In this document: positions 9,576 to 18,532 of the stretch, piece after piece
How positions within the stretch are numbered: position 1 is the first letter of the stretch
Layout of the letters: each line of letters starts with the position of its first letter
NCBI RefSeq assembly: GCF_039530285.1
Contig: NZ_BAAAOK010000005.1
Location: 289,961-353,960 of the forward strand
Reading direction: 5' to 3'
From: Actinomadura alba
Lineage (GTDB): Bacteria > Actinomycetota > Actinomycetes > Streptosporangiales > Streptosporangiaceae
DNA length: 64,000 nt
The notes under the pieces: generated by a model
The model's database searches: none
What the model saw: the letters and a program-made list of their open reading frames with translations, nothing else
What the model was told of the DNA's origin: nothing
Made by a program: the position numbers and the translations under genes

Positions 9576-9588
9576 ATTGGTAAGACAG
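9576..9588. promoter_or_regulatory. Operator-like motif ATTGGTAAGACAG upstream of bicupin gene
   Basis: 3 mismatches to ATTGGTATGACCA consensus found at 16294 and 28689. Confidence 0.2.
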
Positions 9589-9702
9589 TTAGGCCTATGC
9601 CTAGCGTACTGTCGATCGGGCTGTCGGGTCAGAGCGGTCATCTGTGACCGGCGGAACCATCACACCGGCTGGCGCGGCGGCGCGCCGAGAAAGCGAGTGA
9701 AC

Positions 9703-10731
9703 ATGGGCAAGAAGGGACGCGTCTTCGTTCGTGGTCTGACGTCCGAGACCTACGGCTTGAACAAGTTCCGGCACGAGCAGCTGGCTGCCCCGAGGGTGCG
9801 CGACGACTCGGTCGTCGTCGACGACGCGAAGGTCGGCCACTCGGGCGACTCGGCCCAGTCGCGTACGTGGTGGCGCGTCGGGCCGGGCGATGATCCGTTT
9901 CTGACCCAGACGCTGCAGGTGCATTTCGTGGAGTTGCCGGCACAGACTTCGAACCACGGTCACGGGCATCAGAACGAGGCCGCGTTCTACATCCTTGAGG
10001 GCGCGGGCTACGAGATCCACGACGACCAGCGTTACGACTGGAAGCAGGGCGACCTGGTTTTCGTGCACACCGACTCGGTGCACCGGCATTTCAACCCGTA
10101 CGACGAAAAGGCCGTTGCATTGGTGATGAAGGCCAAATGCACGTGGATGTTCATGGGCCTGATCCAGCAGGGCCGCAGCGGTCCGATCGATCGGCCGGAG
10201 GACTTCGGCGAGCGCGAGGACTGGTCGCGGATCTGGACGCCGGGCGTGTTGGAGCGTAAGAAGGTCGTCACCCCATCGGACGGCGTGTGGGAGACGACAC
10301 CGATGGGGCGCCTGCGGGTGATGAACAGCGCGGCCATGACCGAGAACCGGCAGTTCGGCGTCGACGTGTTCGAGCTGACGATTCCGGCGGCGAGCAGGTC
10401 GGGCAAGCACTGGAAGATGGCCGATGAGATCCTCTACGTGCTCGACGGCGAGGGGTACTCGCTGCACTGGGAGGTGGAGGCCGAGATCGCGGAGAAGTAC
10501 TACGCCCGCATCGCCAAGGAGCCGACCCGGCACGAGATCAAGAAGGGCGACACGCTCTACGTCCCGCAGAACACGATCGCCCAGCACTTCGCCGCCGACG
10601 GCACCCCGCTGCACCTGTTGTCGGTCCAGAACCGGGTGTTCAAGCACCTCGGCTACGACGCGGTCCACTACTTCGAGGATGCCCCTGAGTACGCGTCGTC
10701 CTCGCTGACCGGAGCGACCGCGGGCCGCTGA
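9703..10731 (+). CDS. bicupin ring-cleavage dioxygenase (gentisate 1,2-dioxygenase-like)
   Basis: ATG at 9703 (MGKKGRVF) within ORF 9577..10731; two cupin halves with His-rich motifs (HGHGHQNEAAFYILEG..., HFNPYDE). Confidence 0.65.
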   Translation: MGKKGRVFVRGLTSETYGLNKFRHEQLAAPRVRDDSVVVDDAKVGHSGDSAQSRTWWRVGPGDDPFLTQTLQVHFVELPAQTSNHGHGHQNEAAFYILEGAGYEIHDDQRYDWKQGDLVFVHTDSVHRHFNPYDEKAVALVMKAKCTWMFMGLIQQGRSGPIDRPEDFGEREDWSRIWTPGVLERKKVVTPSDGVWETTPMGRLRVMNSAAMTENRQFGVDVFELTIPAASRSGKHWKMADEILYVLDGEGYSLHWEVEAEIAEKYYARIAKEPTRHEIKKGDTLYVPQNTIAQHFAADGTPLHLLSVQNRVFKHLGYDAVHYFEDAPEYASSSLTGATAGR

Positions 10732-10745
10732 GCCGCAGAACCGGT

Positions 10746-10773
10746 GGTTGCCCGGGCCTCGGCCCGGGCAACC
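10746..10773. terminator. Bidirectional terminator hairpin between convergent genes
   Basis: Perfect 12-bp stem GGTTGCCCGGGC / GCCCGGGCAACC with CTCG loop, 15 nt after stop of 9703..10731. Confidence 0.5.
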
Positions 10774-10802
10774 TTGCCGGCACGGCGCGGGCAGGTTGCG
10801 GG

Positions 10803-11261
10803 TCAGGTCAGAGGATCGCCACGCTCCAGCGCGGCGATCTGGTCCAGTCGTTGCTGGTGGCGGCCGCCCTTGAAGGGGGTGGCGAACCACAGATCAGTGA
10901 TCTCGTCGGCCAGTTCCGGGCTGAGAACCTTGGCGCCGATCACGAGCACGTTGGCGTCGTTGTGGGCACGGGAGATCTCCGTCGTGAACAGGTCGTGGCA
11001 CAGCCCGGCGCGGATACCGCGGATCTTGTTGCAGGCGATCAACTCGCCCATTCCGCTGCCACCCACCATGATTGCGCGGTCGGCGTGACCGTCGACGACC
11101 CGGCCGCAGACGTCTGCGCAGAGCGGCGGATAGTCCACCGTCTCCCCGTCGGCGCCGTATGCTCCGCGGTCGTCGGCGTCGTGCCCCTGTGCGGTGAGCC
11201 GGGCGATCAGGCGCGCCTTCAACGCAAAGCCATTGTGATCCGCCGCGATGGCGATCCGCAT
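10803..11261 (-). CDS. rpiB: ribose-5-phosphate isomerase B / RpiB-LacAB family sugar-phosphate isomerase
   Basis: MRIAIAADHNGFALKARL... GGSGMGELIACNKIRGIRAGL... HNDANVLVIGAKV: RpiB family signatures. Confidence 0.8.
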   Translation of the reverse strand: MRIAIAADHNGFALKARLIARLTAQGHDADDRGAYGADGETVDYPPLCADVCGRVVDGHADRAIMVGGSGMGELIACNKIRGIRAGLCHDLFTTEISRAHNDANVLVIGAKVLSPELADEITDLWFATPFKGGRHQQRLDQIAALERGDPLT

Positions 11262-11325
11262 GGCCATCATCCTCACAAACGGTTCGACTGGTGGGTTTGC
11301 GTACGTCGGGTGCCGACCGGCATGC

Positions 11326-12273
11326 TCAACCGGTCAGATCTCGAGTGCTCTCCGCGAACAGGGACTCCACGGCGGGCCGCCGGTCGAGGATGCCCTGGCT
11401 CGTCGCATGCTCGATGAGCTCCTCGATGACGGCGCGGTTCGGCGCTATGCCGTACGGCAGCGGGTCCGCACCGGTGATCTCCATGACGTGCCGGTAGATG
11501 AGATCCGTCGGTGTCGGCGCCTCGATCGCGTCGCGGCGCAGCCGGTCGACGTACAGGTTCTTGGCCTCGGCGAAGGCCTCGAACACGTCCGTGGCCAATT
11601 CGGGGTGCGCCGCGAGCAGGTCGTCCCGCACGACCACCAGGTGGTTGATGGGGTAGTGACCGCGTCGGCGCAGCGCCGCGAAGCCGGCCTCCGTGGCGTC
11701 GGGTATCAGCGGCACGAGGCCGGGAGGGCTGGGATCGACACCGATCGCGGCCGCCAGTTCGCCCCCGGCGACCAGATCGGCGAGGCGCCGTCCCGGTTGC
11801 ATCGGCACGACGTTGGCCGGTGGGCGGTACTCGGCGACGTGCTCGTCCCCGGAGAGCACCCAGGTCACCTTGCCCAAGTCGACACCGTACTCGTCCTGCA
11901 GGACGCCGCGCGCCCACACGCCGGTCGTCACGGTGTATCCGCGGTTGACCCCGACCTCCCGGCCCTCGAGATCCTTCGGATCCCGGATGCCGGCCTCCGG
12001 GCTGCGCACGATGGCGCCGTGATGGAACCCGCGCACCAGGAAGATCGGCAGTGCCGTGAACGGCTTGCCGTTGGCCTTGGCACAGAGGTAGGTCGTGATC
12101 GCCATCTCGCAGACGTCGAATTCGAGTCCTCGAACCATCCGGCGGAAGGCATCAACGAGAACCGGGACCTCCTCGAAGGCGAAGCCGAACCGTTTGGGGG
12201 TGACCGCGCCTTCCTTGAGGGCACGGTTGTTCCCCTGGGTCCGGGTCACCGTCCGCAGCCGCATGTCCGGCAT
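11326..12273 (-). CDS. 4,5-dihydroxyphthalate decarboxylase-like protein (PhtD family), paralog 1
   Basis: 315 aa; recalled family signature MRLRTVTRTQGNNRALKEG...FEEV...EFDVCEMAITTY; paralogous to 18533..19525. Confidence 0.55.
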   Translation of the reverse strand: MPDMRLRTVTRTQGNNRALKEGAVTPKRFGFAFEEVPVLVDAFRRMVRGLEFDVCEMAITTYLCAKANGKPFTALPIFLVRGFHHGAIVRSPEAGIRDPKDLEGREVGVNRGYTVTTGVWARGVLQDEYGVDLGKVTWVLSGDEHVAEYRPPANVVPMQPGRRLADLVAGGELAAAIGVDPSPPGLVPLIPDATEAGFAALRRRGHYPINHLVVVRDDLLAAHPELATDVFEAFAEAKNLYVDRLRRDAIEAPTPTDLIYRHVMEITGADPLPYGIAPNRAVIEELIEHATSQGILDRRPAVESLFAESTRDLTG

Positions 12274-12374
12274 GTTCCCTCCCGTTCGCTCGTGGCCGCC
12301 GACACGGCTCGGTCAAGAAGTTCTCGGGCGGATCCTGTCCATCGACCCGCGGTCCGCACCTTTGACAGGGTAGC

Positions 12375-12394
12375 AAACCATCAGACCATTAGAC
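12375..12394. promoter_or_regulatory. Direct repeat ACCAT-CAG-ACCAT-TAGAC upstream of GntR gene
   Basis: Seen in sequence; same ACCATnnnACCAT arrangement at 28384-28396. Confidence 0.25.
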
Positions 12395-12498
12395 TTATGG
12401 GCGGAACCCTGAAAACGGGCACCGGTACGGAAGTGGGCATCGCCTGGAAAGTGGGAGGAGCGTTATGGCACAGCCTGTACTGGCTCCGGTTACTGAGG

Positions 12499-12516
12499 GT
12501 ATTGGTTAGACCATTA
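12499..12516. promoter_or_regulatory. Operator-like site GTATTGGTTAGACCATTA (TGGT-N3-ACCA) about 60 nt upstream of GntR paralog 1
   Basis: Near-identical to 16292-16309 and 28686-28704. Confidence 0.4.
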
Positions 12517-12575
12517 CTGCTATGATGCAATGACGCAGGTACGGAGCACGACCGAGATCGCGGAGGGACGGCGGT

Positions 12576-13349
12576 ATGTCATCGGGTGGGACGCCGGGCG
12601 ACAGGAATACGGCGGACTTGTTCGGCCCGGTGAGCGTCGGTCGCATCTCTGATGTCATCGTGGCGCAGATGCAACTCCTGATAAGGGAGGGCAAGCTCGT
12701 CCCCGGCGACCGGCTGCCCAGCGAGCGCAGTCTGTGCGAGCGGTTCGGCGTCAGCAGGGTGACGATCCGCGAGGCTCTTCGGGTGCTGGAGGCCAGCGGA
12801 CTGGTGGGGATCCGCGTCGGGGCTCGGGGAGGCGCCTTCGTCACCCAGCCGTCCAGCGAACGCGTCGGGGAGAGTCTGGCCAACCTGATGACCCTGACCC
12901 CGATGACCGCCGGCGACGTCACCGAGGCCCGCATGGTCTTCGAACTCGGCATCCTGCCGCTGGTGGTGGAGCGTGCCACCGAAGAGGACATCGCGGACCT
13001 GCGGGCCCTCGTCGAGCAGGGCGTGAGCGCGCTGGAGAGCGGCTCTTACACCATGGCGATGTCGGCGGCATTCCATGTGCGGGTTGCCTCCTCCACCCAC
13101 AACCCGGCGATCGAGATGCTGGTGCACAGCTTCCACGGCCCCATGCTCATGTCGCTCCAGCAGGCCCGAGTCTCTGCGCCGTTGATGGGTCACCTGGGCG
13201 CGCAGGAACACTTCCAGCTCGTCGAGGCGATCGAGCAGCGGAACGTCGACCGGGCCCGCGCCATCATGACCCGTCACCTGCAGCGCACCGCCGCTCGCGT
13301 GGCGGAGAATCGGGATCCCAGTCTGGCGAATCTGGAGAGCGGCCACTGA
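12576..13349 (+). CDS. GntR-family transcriptional regulator (FadR/FCD subfamily), paralog 1
   Basis: 257 aa; N-terminal wHTH ...PGDRLPSERSLCERFGVSRVTIREALRVLEASGLV..., C-terminal FCD helical domain; GGAGGGA RBS. Confidence 0.85.
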   Translation: MSSGGTPGDRNTADLFGPVSVGRISDVIVAQMQLLIREGKLVPGDRLPSERSLCERFGVSRVTIREALRVLEASGLVGIRVGARGGAFVTQPSSERVGESLANLMTLTPMTAGDVTEARMVFELGILPLVVERATEEDIADLRALVEQGVSALESGSYTMAMSAAFHVRVASSTHNPAIEMLVHSFHGPMLMSLQQARVSAPLMGHLGAQEHFQLVEAIEQRNVDRARAIMTRHLQRTAARVAENRDPSLANLESGH

Positions 13350-13439
13350 GTTGCCGAGGCCGCGACAGCCACGTCGGCGTACCCCGCCAAGCCGTCGCCG
13401 ACCATGGTCGTCGATGGGTGTTCTGCGCCGTGGCCGCCG

Positions 13440-15080
13440 TTATTCGTCGGGTAGCCGGTCGTGTCGGGGGTCCTGGTTGAAGATGAGCGACTTGATCGTG
13501 ATCGGCACGGTGTTCGACGGGAAGCGTATCCGGCCGATATCGACGTAGTCGAAGTCCCGCAGGCTCAGGCCGTCGATGACCAGCAGTTCGCTGGTGACCG
13601 CGAGCTCTTCCCGGAGCAGTCTGCCGAGCGTCATGGCGACGTCCCCGTCGAGTATGACGTAGACCGGTCTGCCCTGCGCGATCCGGTCGGCGAGGCCGTC
13701 CCGGAGGCCGCACGCGAAGGGGAAGAGCCTGTCGTAGCTCGGCAGGCCATCCCATGACATGGCCAGGGCGACGTCGGCGTCGGTCTGGCCGATGTCGAGG
13801 GCGACGAGGTGGCGCCGGATCGCGGCTGCGACCGCCGCCGCGTCGACCGTCTCCCCGAGCTCGTAATTCGGCCGCACCACTTGCAGGTTGCGGCGCGGCA
13901 GCAGCGCGTCAGGGTCGGTGATACAGCCGGTGTTCCCGCTGAGCTGCACGCTGTACTCGGACGCGCCCAGCGCGGTGGCGCGGATGCACTCGCCCTCCGG
14001 CAGGAGCGGGAACGGCAGCGCGCCAGAGTCGACCCGGCGACGCAACGCCCGGCCGAGCGGCCGGCCGAGATCGCCGAACTGCCTGCTCTCCCGGTCGTAT
14101 ACGTACTCCGCGACCCCGCCCGAGAACATCACCCCGTCGATCGGGCCGACCTCCGCCAGCGGCTCGGTGAGGTACAGCCGCGCGACATCTTGGGGGAGCG
14201 GATCGGCGGTGAGCGCGGCGACGAGCGCGTCCGCCATCATCTCCGCCACCTTCTCGAGCTCCTCCGGGCGAGCGACGTCGCCGAGCTCCCAGGCGTACCC
14301 GGCGCGGGCGGCGTGACCACGGCCGGCCGGCTCGAGGCGGACGATACGGTCTTGATCGTCGACGACCTGGAGTCGGCCGCCAATGTGCACCGCGGCGGTC
14401 GTCATGACCTGACCGCGGTCCAGCACCGCGAGCTTCGTCGTCCCGCCCCCGATGTCGATGTTCAGGATGCGCAGCCCGGTGTCGTGCGACGCCTTCGCCG
14501 CGCCCGAGCCGTAGGAGGCGAGCATGGCCTCCATGTTGTGGCCCGCGGTCGCGTTGACCAACTCGCCCCCGCGCTCGGCCAGGACGCTCGCGATGGCCTC
14601 GGCGTTGCGGCGGCGCAGCGCCTCACCGGTGAGGATCACGACTCCGGTGTCGACGTCGGCAGGGTGGACGGCCGCCGCATGGTAGGCCCGGTCGATGATC
14701 GAGCCCAGAGCCTCAGCGTCGATGTGCTCGGCGCTCGCATACGGAGTGAGCGCGACCGGGGAACGGTACCCGGTCTGCCGGCGGACCACGATGTACCGGG
14801 TCGTCAGGTCCTCGCTGATCCGCCGCAGATGCAGACGGGAGAACACGACCTGCGTGCCGGACGACCCGATGTCCATCCCCACGCTGTGCAGCGTGACGTT
14901 GTCCTGCTGCCAGATCGGGTTGTCCTCGATCGGGCTCAGCGCCTCATCGTCGTGCACATGGTCGTGGTCCGGGACGTACGCCGAGTAGACCGTGGGCACT
15001 TCGGTGAGGTGCTCGAGGCCATGGCCGTCGCCATGGACGTGGTCGTGCGCACCGGCGTGCCTCACGGTCGTACTCCTCAC
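13440..15080 (-). CDS. EutA-like ASKHA-superfamily ATPase (ethanolamine ammonia-lyase reactivase family) with His/Asp-rich N-terminal extension
   Basis: Recalled E. coli EutA signatures align: LHSVGMDIGSSGTQVVFSRL, ILNIDIGGGTTKLAVLD, DYVDIGRIRFPSNTVPITIKSLIF; first ~60 aa HDHVHGDGHGLEH...PDHDHVHDDE; likely real start GTG 15065 after GAGGAG. Confidence 0.65.
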   Translation of the reverse strand: MRSTTVRHAGAHDHVHGDGHGLEHLTEVPTVYSAYVPDHDHVHDDEALSPIEDNPIWQQDNVTLHSVGMDIGSSGTQVVFSRLHLRRISEDLTTRYIVVRRQTGYRSPVALTPYASAEHIDAEALGSIIDRAYHAAAVHPADVDTGVVILTGEALRRRNAEAIASVLAERGGELVNATAGHNMEAMLASYGSGAAKASHDTGLRILNIDIGGGTTKLAVLDRGQVMTTAAVHIGGRLQVVDDQDRIVRLEPAGRGHAARAGYAWELGDVARPEELEKVAEMMADALVAALTADPLPQDVARLYLTEPLAEVGPIDGVMFSGGVAEYVYDRESRQFGDLGRPLGRALRRRVDSGALPFPLLPEGECIRATALGASEYSVQLSGNTGCITDPDALLPRRNLQVVRPNYELGETVDAAAVAAAIRRHLVALDIGQTDADVALAMSWDGLPSYDRLFPFACGLRDGLADRIAQGRPVYVILDGDVAMTLGRLLREELAVTSELLVIDGLSLRDFDYVDIGRIRFPSNTVPITIKSLIFNQDPRHDRLPDE

Positions 15081-15114
15081 GGGCGTCGGAGCCAGGCGGT
15101 GCCGGCTGTGCTGA

Positions 15115-16230
15115 CTACGGCTTGGGCGGCAGCGTCTTCAGCTCGATCGCGTACGCGTCGTCCATCTGCGGCTCTATGTCGTGCTTGGCCAGGGCCTCGC
15201 GGAAGGTCTCGCGCACGTACGGCGACTCGTCGGCGTAATCGATCTGGTCGCCGCCGACGCGCTGGCTGATCCATGCCTTCGGCACGCCCTGCGCGTTGCG
15301 GACCGATACCACCTCGTGTTTGAAGGCGAGGTAACGGGCGGGCTCGAGGCCGGTGTTGAAGTGTTGGTGGAACCACATGTTCGGGGGGACGATCAAGGTG
15401 CCGGGGCCCCACTCGTAGCGTCGCGGCTCCTCTCCCTCAGGCCACATCAGGCTGTAGCCCGTGCCCGTCAGCATGATGACGTGGGCGCCGGGGCCGTGGC
15501 GGTGTCCCTTCTTGTACGTCGCGATCGGGAACTGCGAGATGTGGCTGTTCATCGAGCCCTTGGCCATCGCGAAGCGGATGTGCCCGCCGCCCGCGCCGCG
15601 TTCCTTCGCTTCGATCAGCGGCAGGTTGGCCGCGTCGGCGACGAAGTTCGTGTCCAGGAGCAGGCCCTTCTGCTCACCCTTGGGCGAGAAGTAGCCGGGC
15701 TCGCCGTTGAAGCGGTTCGGGAAGTCCTTGGGGGTGCTGAACACGAAGTCGACGTCGTCGTAGAGGTTGATGACCGGAGGCATATTCGTCGAGGAGACGA
15801 AACGAGCCGCCTTCTGCCCTGAGCCGTTGAAGTGCTGGTGGTGGGCGTTGAGCGGGATGGCGAACAACGAGCCGGCCTGCCACTCGAATGTGACCTCGGC
15901 GCCGGCGTCGTTCCAGACCTTCGTGGACCCCTGCCCGTCGAGGACAAGGATCATCTCCTCGAACAGCTGCCGCTGCGGCGCCAGCTTGCCGCCCGCCGGG
16001 ATCTCGCAGACGTAGCAGTCGTTCGACGTGCGTGTTGCCTCGTGATTGATGAAGACGCCTCGCCCGCCGCGCCGCTCCCAGGGCTTGAGCTCGACCGTGC
16101 GCAGATCCGGCACATAGTGGGCGGCGATGATGTCCAGCCCCTCAGCGGCCACCCAACGGGTGTAGGGGGACTCCTTCTCGGTGACGAACTTCGCCGCGAG
16201 TTGGTCGTTGACGAGCGCGTCCCTGGCCAT
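15115..16230 (-). CDS. bicupin ring-cleavage dioxygenase (gentisate 1,2-dioxygenase-like), second copy
   Basis: 371 aa; two cupin halves (GVFINHEATRTSNDCYVCEIPAGG..., HRHGPGAHVIMLTGTGYSLMW...WFHQHFN). Confidence 0.65.
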   Translation of the reverse strand: MARDALVNDQLAAKFVTEKESPYTRWVAAEGLDIIAAHYVPDLRTVELKPWERRGGRGVFINHEATRTSNDCYVCEIPAGGKLAPQRQLFEEMILVLDGQGSTKVWNDAGAEVTFEWQAGSLFAIPLNAHHQHFNGSGQKAARFVSSTNMPPVINLYDDVDFVFSTPKDFPNRFNGEPGYFSPKGEQKGLLLDTNFVADAANLPLIEAKERGAGGGHIRFAMAKGSMNSHISQFPIATYKKGHRHGPGAHVIMLTGTGYSLMWPEGEEPRRYEWGPGTLIVPPNMWFHQHFNTGLEPARYLAFKHEVVSVRNAQGVPKAWISQRVGGDQIDYADESPYVRETFREALAKHDIEPQMDDAYAIELKTLPPKP

Positions 16231-16291
16231 GCAGAAGCCTTCCTGATATGCCGGACGTGACTTCCTGCCCAGATCGGGCTGGCGAAGTCAC

Positions 16292-16309
16292 GGTATTGGT
16301 ATGACCATA
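16292..16309. promoter_or_regulatory. Operator-like site GGTATTGGTATGACCATAA about 65 nt upstream of bicupin gene
   Basis: 16-mer TATTGGTATGACCATA identical to 28688-28703. Confidence 0.45.
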
Positions 16310-16371
16310 AGGCCAAAATTGCACAGGTGTCAATATCCAGGTGTCAATGCCTGCGCGACTCCGTCGCACCG

Positions 16372-17115
16372 CTAACGACCCTGGTTCGCCACCGCCTGGG
16401 CGCCCTCCGCGGCGGCTTCCGGGTCGAGGTAGCGGCCACCGCGCTCGACCGGGGTCAGATTCTCGTCGAGTTCGTAGCGCAGGGGAATACCCGTAGGGAT
16501 GTTCAGCGCCATGACCTCCTCACGGCTCAGGCCGTCGAGGTGCGCGACGAGCGCCCGCAGCGAGTTGCTGTGCGCCACGACCAGGACCGTCTGCCCGGCG
16601 AGCAGGTCGGGCGCGATGACGTCGTACCAGTAGGGCAGCAGGCGGGCGATGACGTCGGCGAGGGACTCGGTCCGCGGCATGAGGTCGCGGGTCAGCCCGG
16701 CGTATCGCGGGTCACTCGCAACCTGCCACTCGTCGTCGGGCCCGATCGGCGGCGGTGGTACGTCGTACGACCGGCGCCAGAGCTGGAACCGCTCCTCGCC
16801 GTACTCCTTCAAGGTCGCCTTCTTCTCCTTGCCCTGCAGCGCGCCGTAGTGCCGCTCGTTGAGCCGCCAGTGCCGGGTGGCCGGGATCCAGACCCGGTCG
16901 GCGGCCTCGAGCGCGAGGTTGCCGGTGCGCACCGCACGCGTCAGCAGGGAGGTGTGCACCACGGTCGGCAGCAGCCCGGCCTCACGCAGCAGTTGCCCGC
17001 CGCGCCGTGCCTGCTCCTCGCCGAACGGCGTGAGATCGACATCGACCCACCCGGTGAACAGGTTCTTCGAATTCCATTCGCTCTCGCCGTGGCGAAGGAG
17101 AATCAGCGTCTTCAT
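16372..17115 (-). CDS. gpmA: 2,3-bisphosphoglycerate-dependent phosphoglycerate mutase
   Basis: [29 protein letters not shown]... full-length GpmA signatures incl. RHGESEWN and catalytic His motif [11 protein letters not shown]. Confidence 0.9.
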   Translation of the reverse strand: MKTLILLRHGESEWNSKNLFTGWVDVDLTPFGEEQARRGGQLLREAGLLPTVVHTSLLTRAVRTGNLALEAADRVWIPATRHWRLNERHYGALQGKEKKATLKEYGEERFQLWRRSYDVPPPPIGPDDEWQVASDPRYAGLTRDLMPRTESLADVIARLLPYWYDVIAPDLLAGQTVLVVAHSNSLRALVAHLDGLSREEVMALNIPTGIPLRYELDENLTPVERGGRYLDPEAAAEGAQAVANQGR

Positions 17116-17133
17116 CTGTTGCTGGCGCGGAGA

Positions 17134-17153
17134 CCCCGGCGTTCACGCCGGGG
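17134..17153. other. Perfect 8-bp stem / 4-nt loop hairpin CCCCGGCG-TTCA-CGCCGGGG
   Basis: Seen in sequence, 19 nt upstream of gpmA start and ~90 nt upstream of tnpB; candidate IS left-end hairpin or gpmA 5'UTR structure. Confidence 0.3.
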
Positions 17154-17243
17154 AGGAAGCGCCTCCTCCCAGGCTGGCAGAGCGGCCGGAAGACTGTCGG
17201 TGGCCGCATGTAGCCTCACGGTCACAGAAGCGTCCGATGTGGG

Positions 17244-18503
17244 ATGTTCTCGGGTTGGGAGGGATGGATGGCGTTGCGGAAGTCGGCGGTCAAGCAGGCC
17301 GGATGCGCCTCGGTCGTGCAGGTACGCCTGTTGCCCACACCGGCCGACGCCGAACGGCTGGCCACAGCCGTGACGATCTGCAACACCGCCGCCACCTATG
17401 CCTCCCGCATCGCTTGGGAACGGCGGGTGTTTGGGCAACTGGCGTTGCACCGGCTGATCTACCGGCACCTGCGAGACCATTTCGTCGGCCTGGGGGCCCA
17501 GGCGGCCGTACGGGCGATCGCCCGCGTGGCCGATGCCTACACCAACCGCCGCGCAACAAAGAAACGGGCGCATATCTTCCGGGCGCACGCCGCGGTGCCC
17601 TATGACGCCCGGATGATCACCTTCAACCGGGATGCCCGCATCGCCTCCCTCTGGACCCCCACCGGCCGCGTCCGTGCGGCCTACACCGGCCGGGACCAAG
17701 ACCTCAAGGCCATCGCCGAGCTGCCGATCGGCGAATGCGACCTTATCGAACGCAAAGGCACCTGGCTGCTGCAGATCGCCGTCGCGCTCCCCAGACCCGA
17801 GACCGCGGATCCGTTCAATGGGTTCCTCGGGGTCGATCAGGGGACGGCGAACCTTGCCGTTACCTGTGACGGCGAAGTGCTGCCCGGCAAAGCCCTCCCC
17901 GGAACGATCGAGAACAACGGTCACATCCGCGCTCTTCGCGACCGTCGGCACCGCCAGCGTAAGCGCCTGCAAGCCAAGGGCACTTCTTCGGCGCGGCGCC
18001 GGCTGCGTGTCCTGTCGGGGCGTGAGTCGCGGATGATGGCCGATATCAACCACCAAATATCCAAGCGTGTGGTGCGTGAGGCCGAACGCACCGGCCGAGG
18101 TGTTGCTATGGAAAAACTTTCCGGCATCCTCGGGCGGGTAAGGGCTCACCGGTCCCAGCGACGCACCCTGCATGGCTGGGCGTTCGCCCAGCAGATCGCC
18201 TTCACCCGGTACAAGGCCGAACGCGTCGGCATCGCCTTCATCCTGGTTGATGCGGCCTACACCAGCCAGACCTGCCCCAACTCCGATTGCGGGCATGTGT
18301 CGAGGCGGAACCGGCACGCACGCGGCATGTTCCGCTGCCAAGCCTGCGGCCTCGCTGGGCACGCAGACCACATCGCAGCCATCAACGTCGCCTACCGCGG
18401 CGCGGATGGCTGGGGCGCTGTCAACCGTCCGCACGCTACCGGTCTCCCTTCATCCAGACGGGCTCCGGAGAGCAAGCCACGGGCTTCAGCCCGTGGTCGT
18501 TGA
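17244..18503 (+). CDS. tnpB: TnpB (IS605 OrfB-family RNA-guided endonuclease / transposase accessory protein)
   Basis: 419 aa; RuvC-like GVDQGTANLAVTCDG, zinc finger CPNSDCGHVSRRNRHARGMFRCQACGLAGHADHIAAINV; probable start MALRK at 17268. Confidence 0.85.
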   Translation: MFSGWEGWMALRKSAVKQAGCASVVQVRLLPTPADAERLATAVTICNTAATYASRIAWERRVFGQLALHRLIYRHLRDHFVGLGAQAAVRAIARVADAYTNRRATKKRAHIFRAHAAVPYDARMITFNRDARIASLWTPTGRVRAAYTGRDQDLKAIAELPIGECDLIERKGTWLLQIAVALPRPETADPFNGFLGVDQGTANLAVTCDGEVLPGKALPGTIENNGHIRALRDRRHRQRKRLQAKGTSSARRRLRVLSGRESRMMADINHQISKRVVREAERTGRGVAMEKLSGILGRVRAHRSQRRTLHGWAFAQQIAFTRYKAERVGIAFILVDAAYTSQTCPNSDCGHVSRRNRHARGMFRCQACGLAGHADHIAAINVAYRGADGWGAVNRPHATGLPSSRRAPESKPRASARGR

Positions 18504-18532
18504 CGACTGCGCATCCCGAGCCGGCGGCGTGG

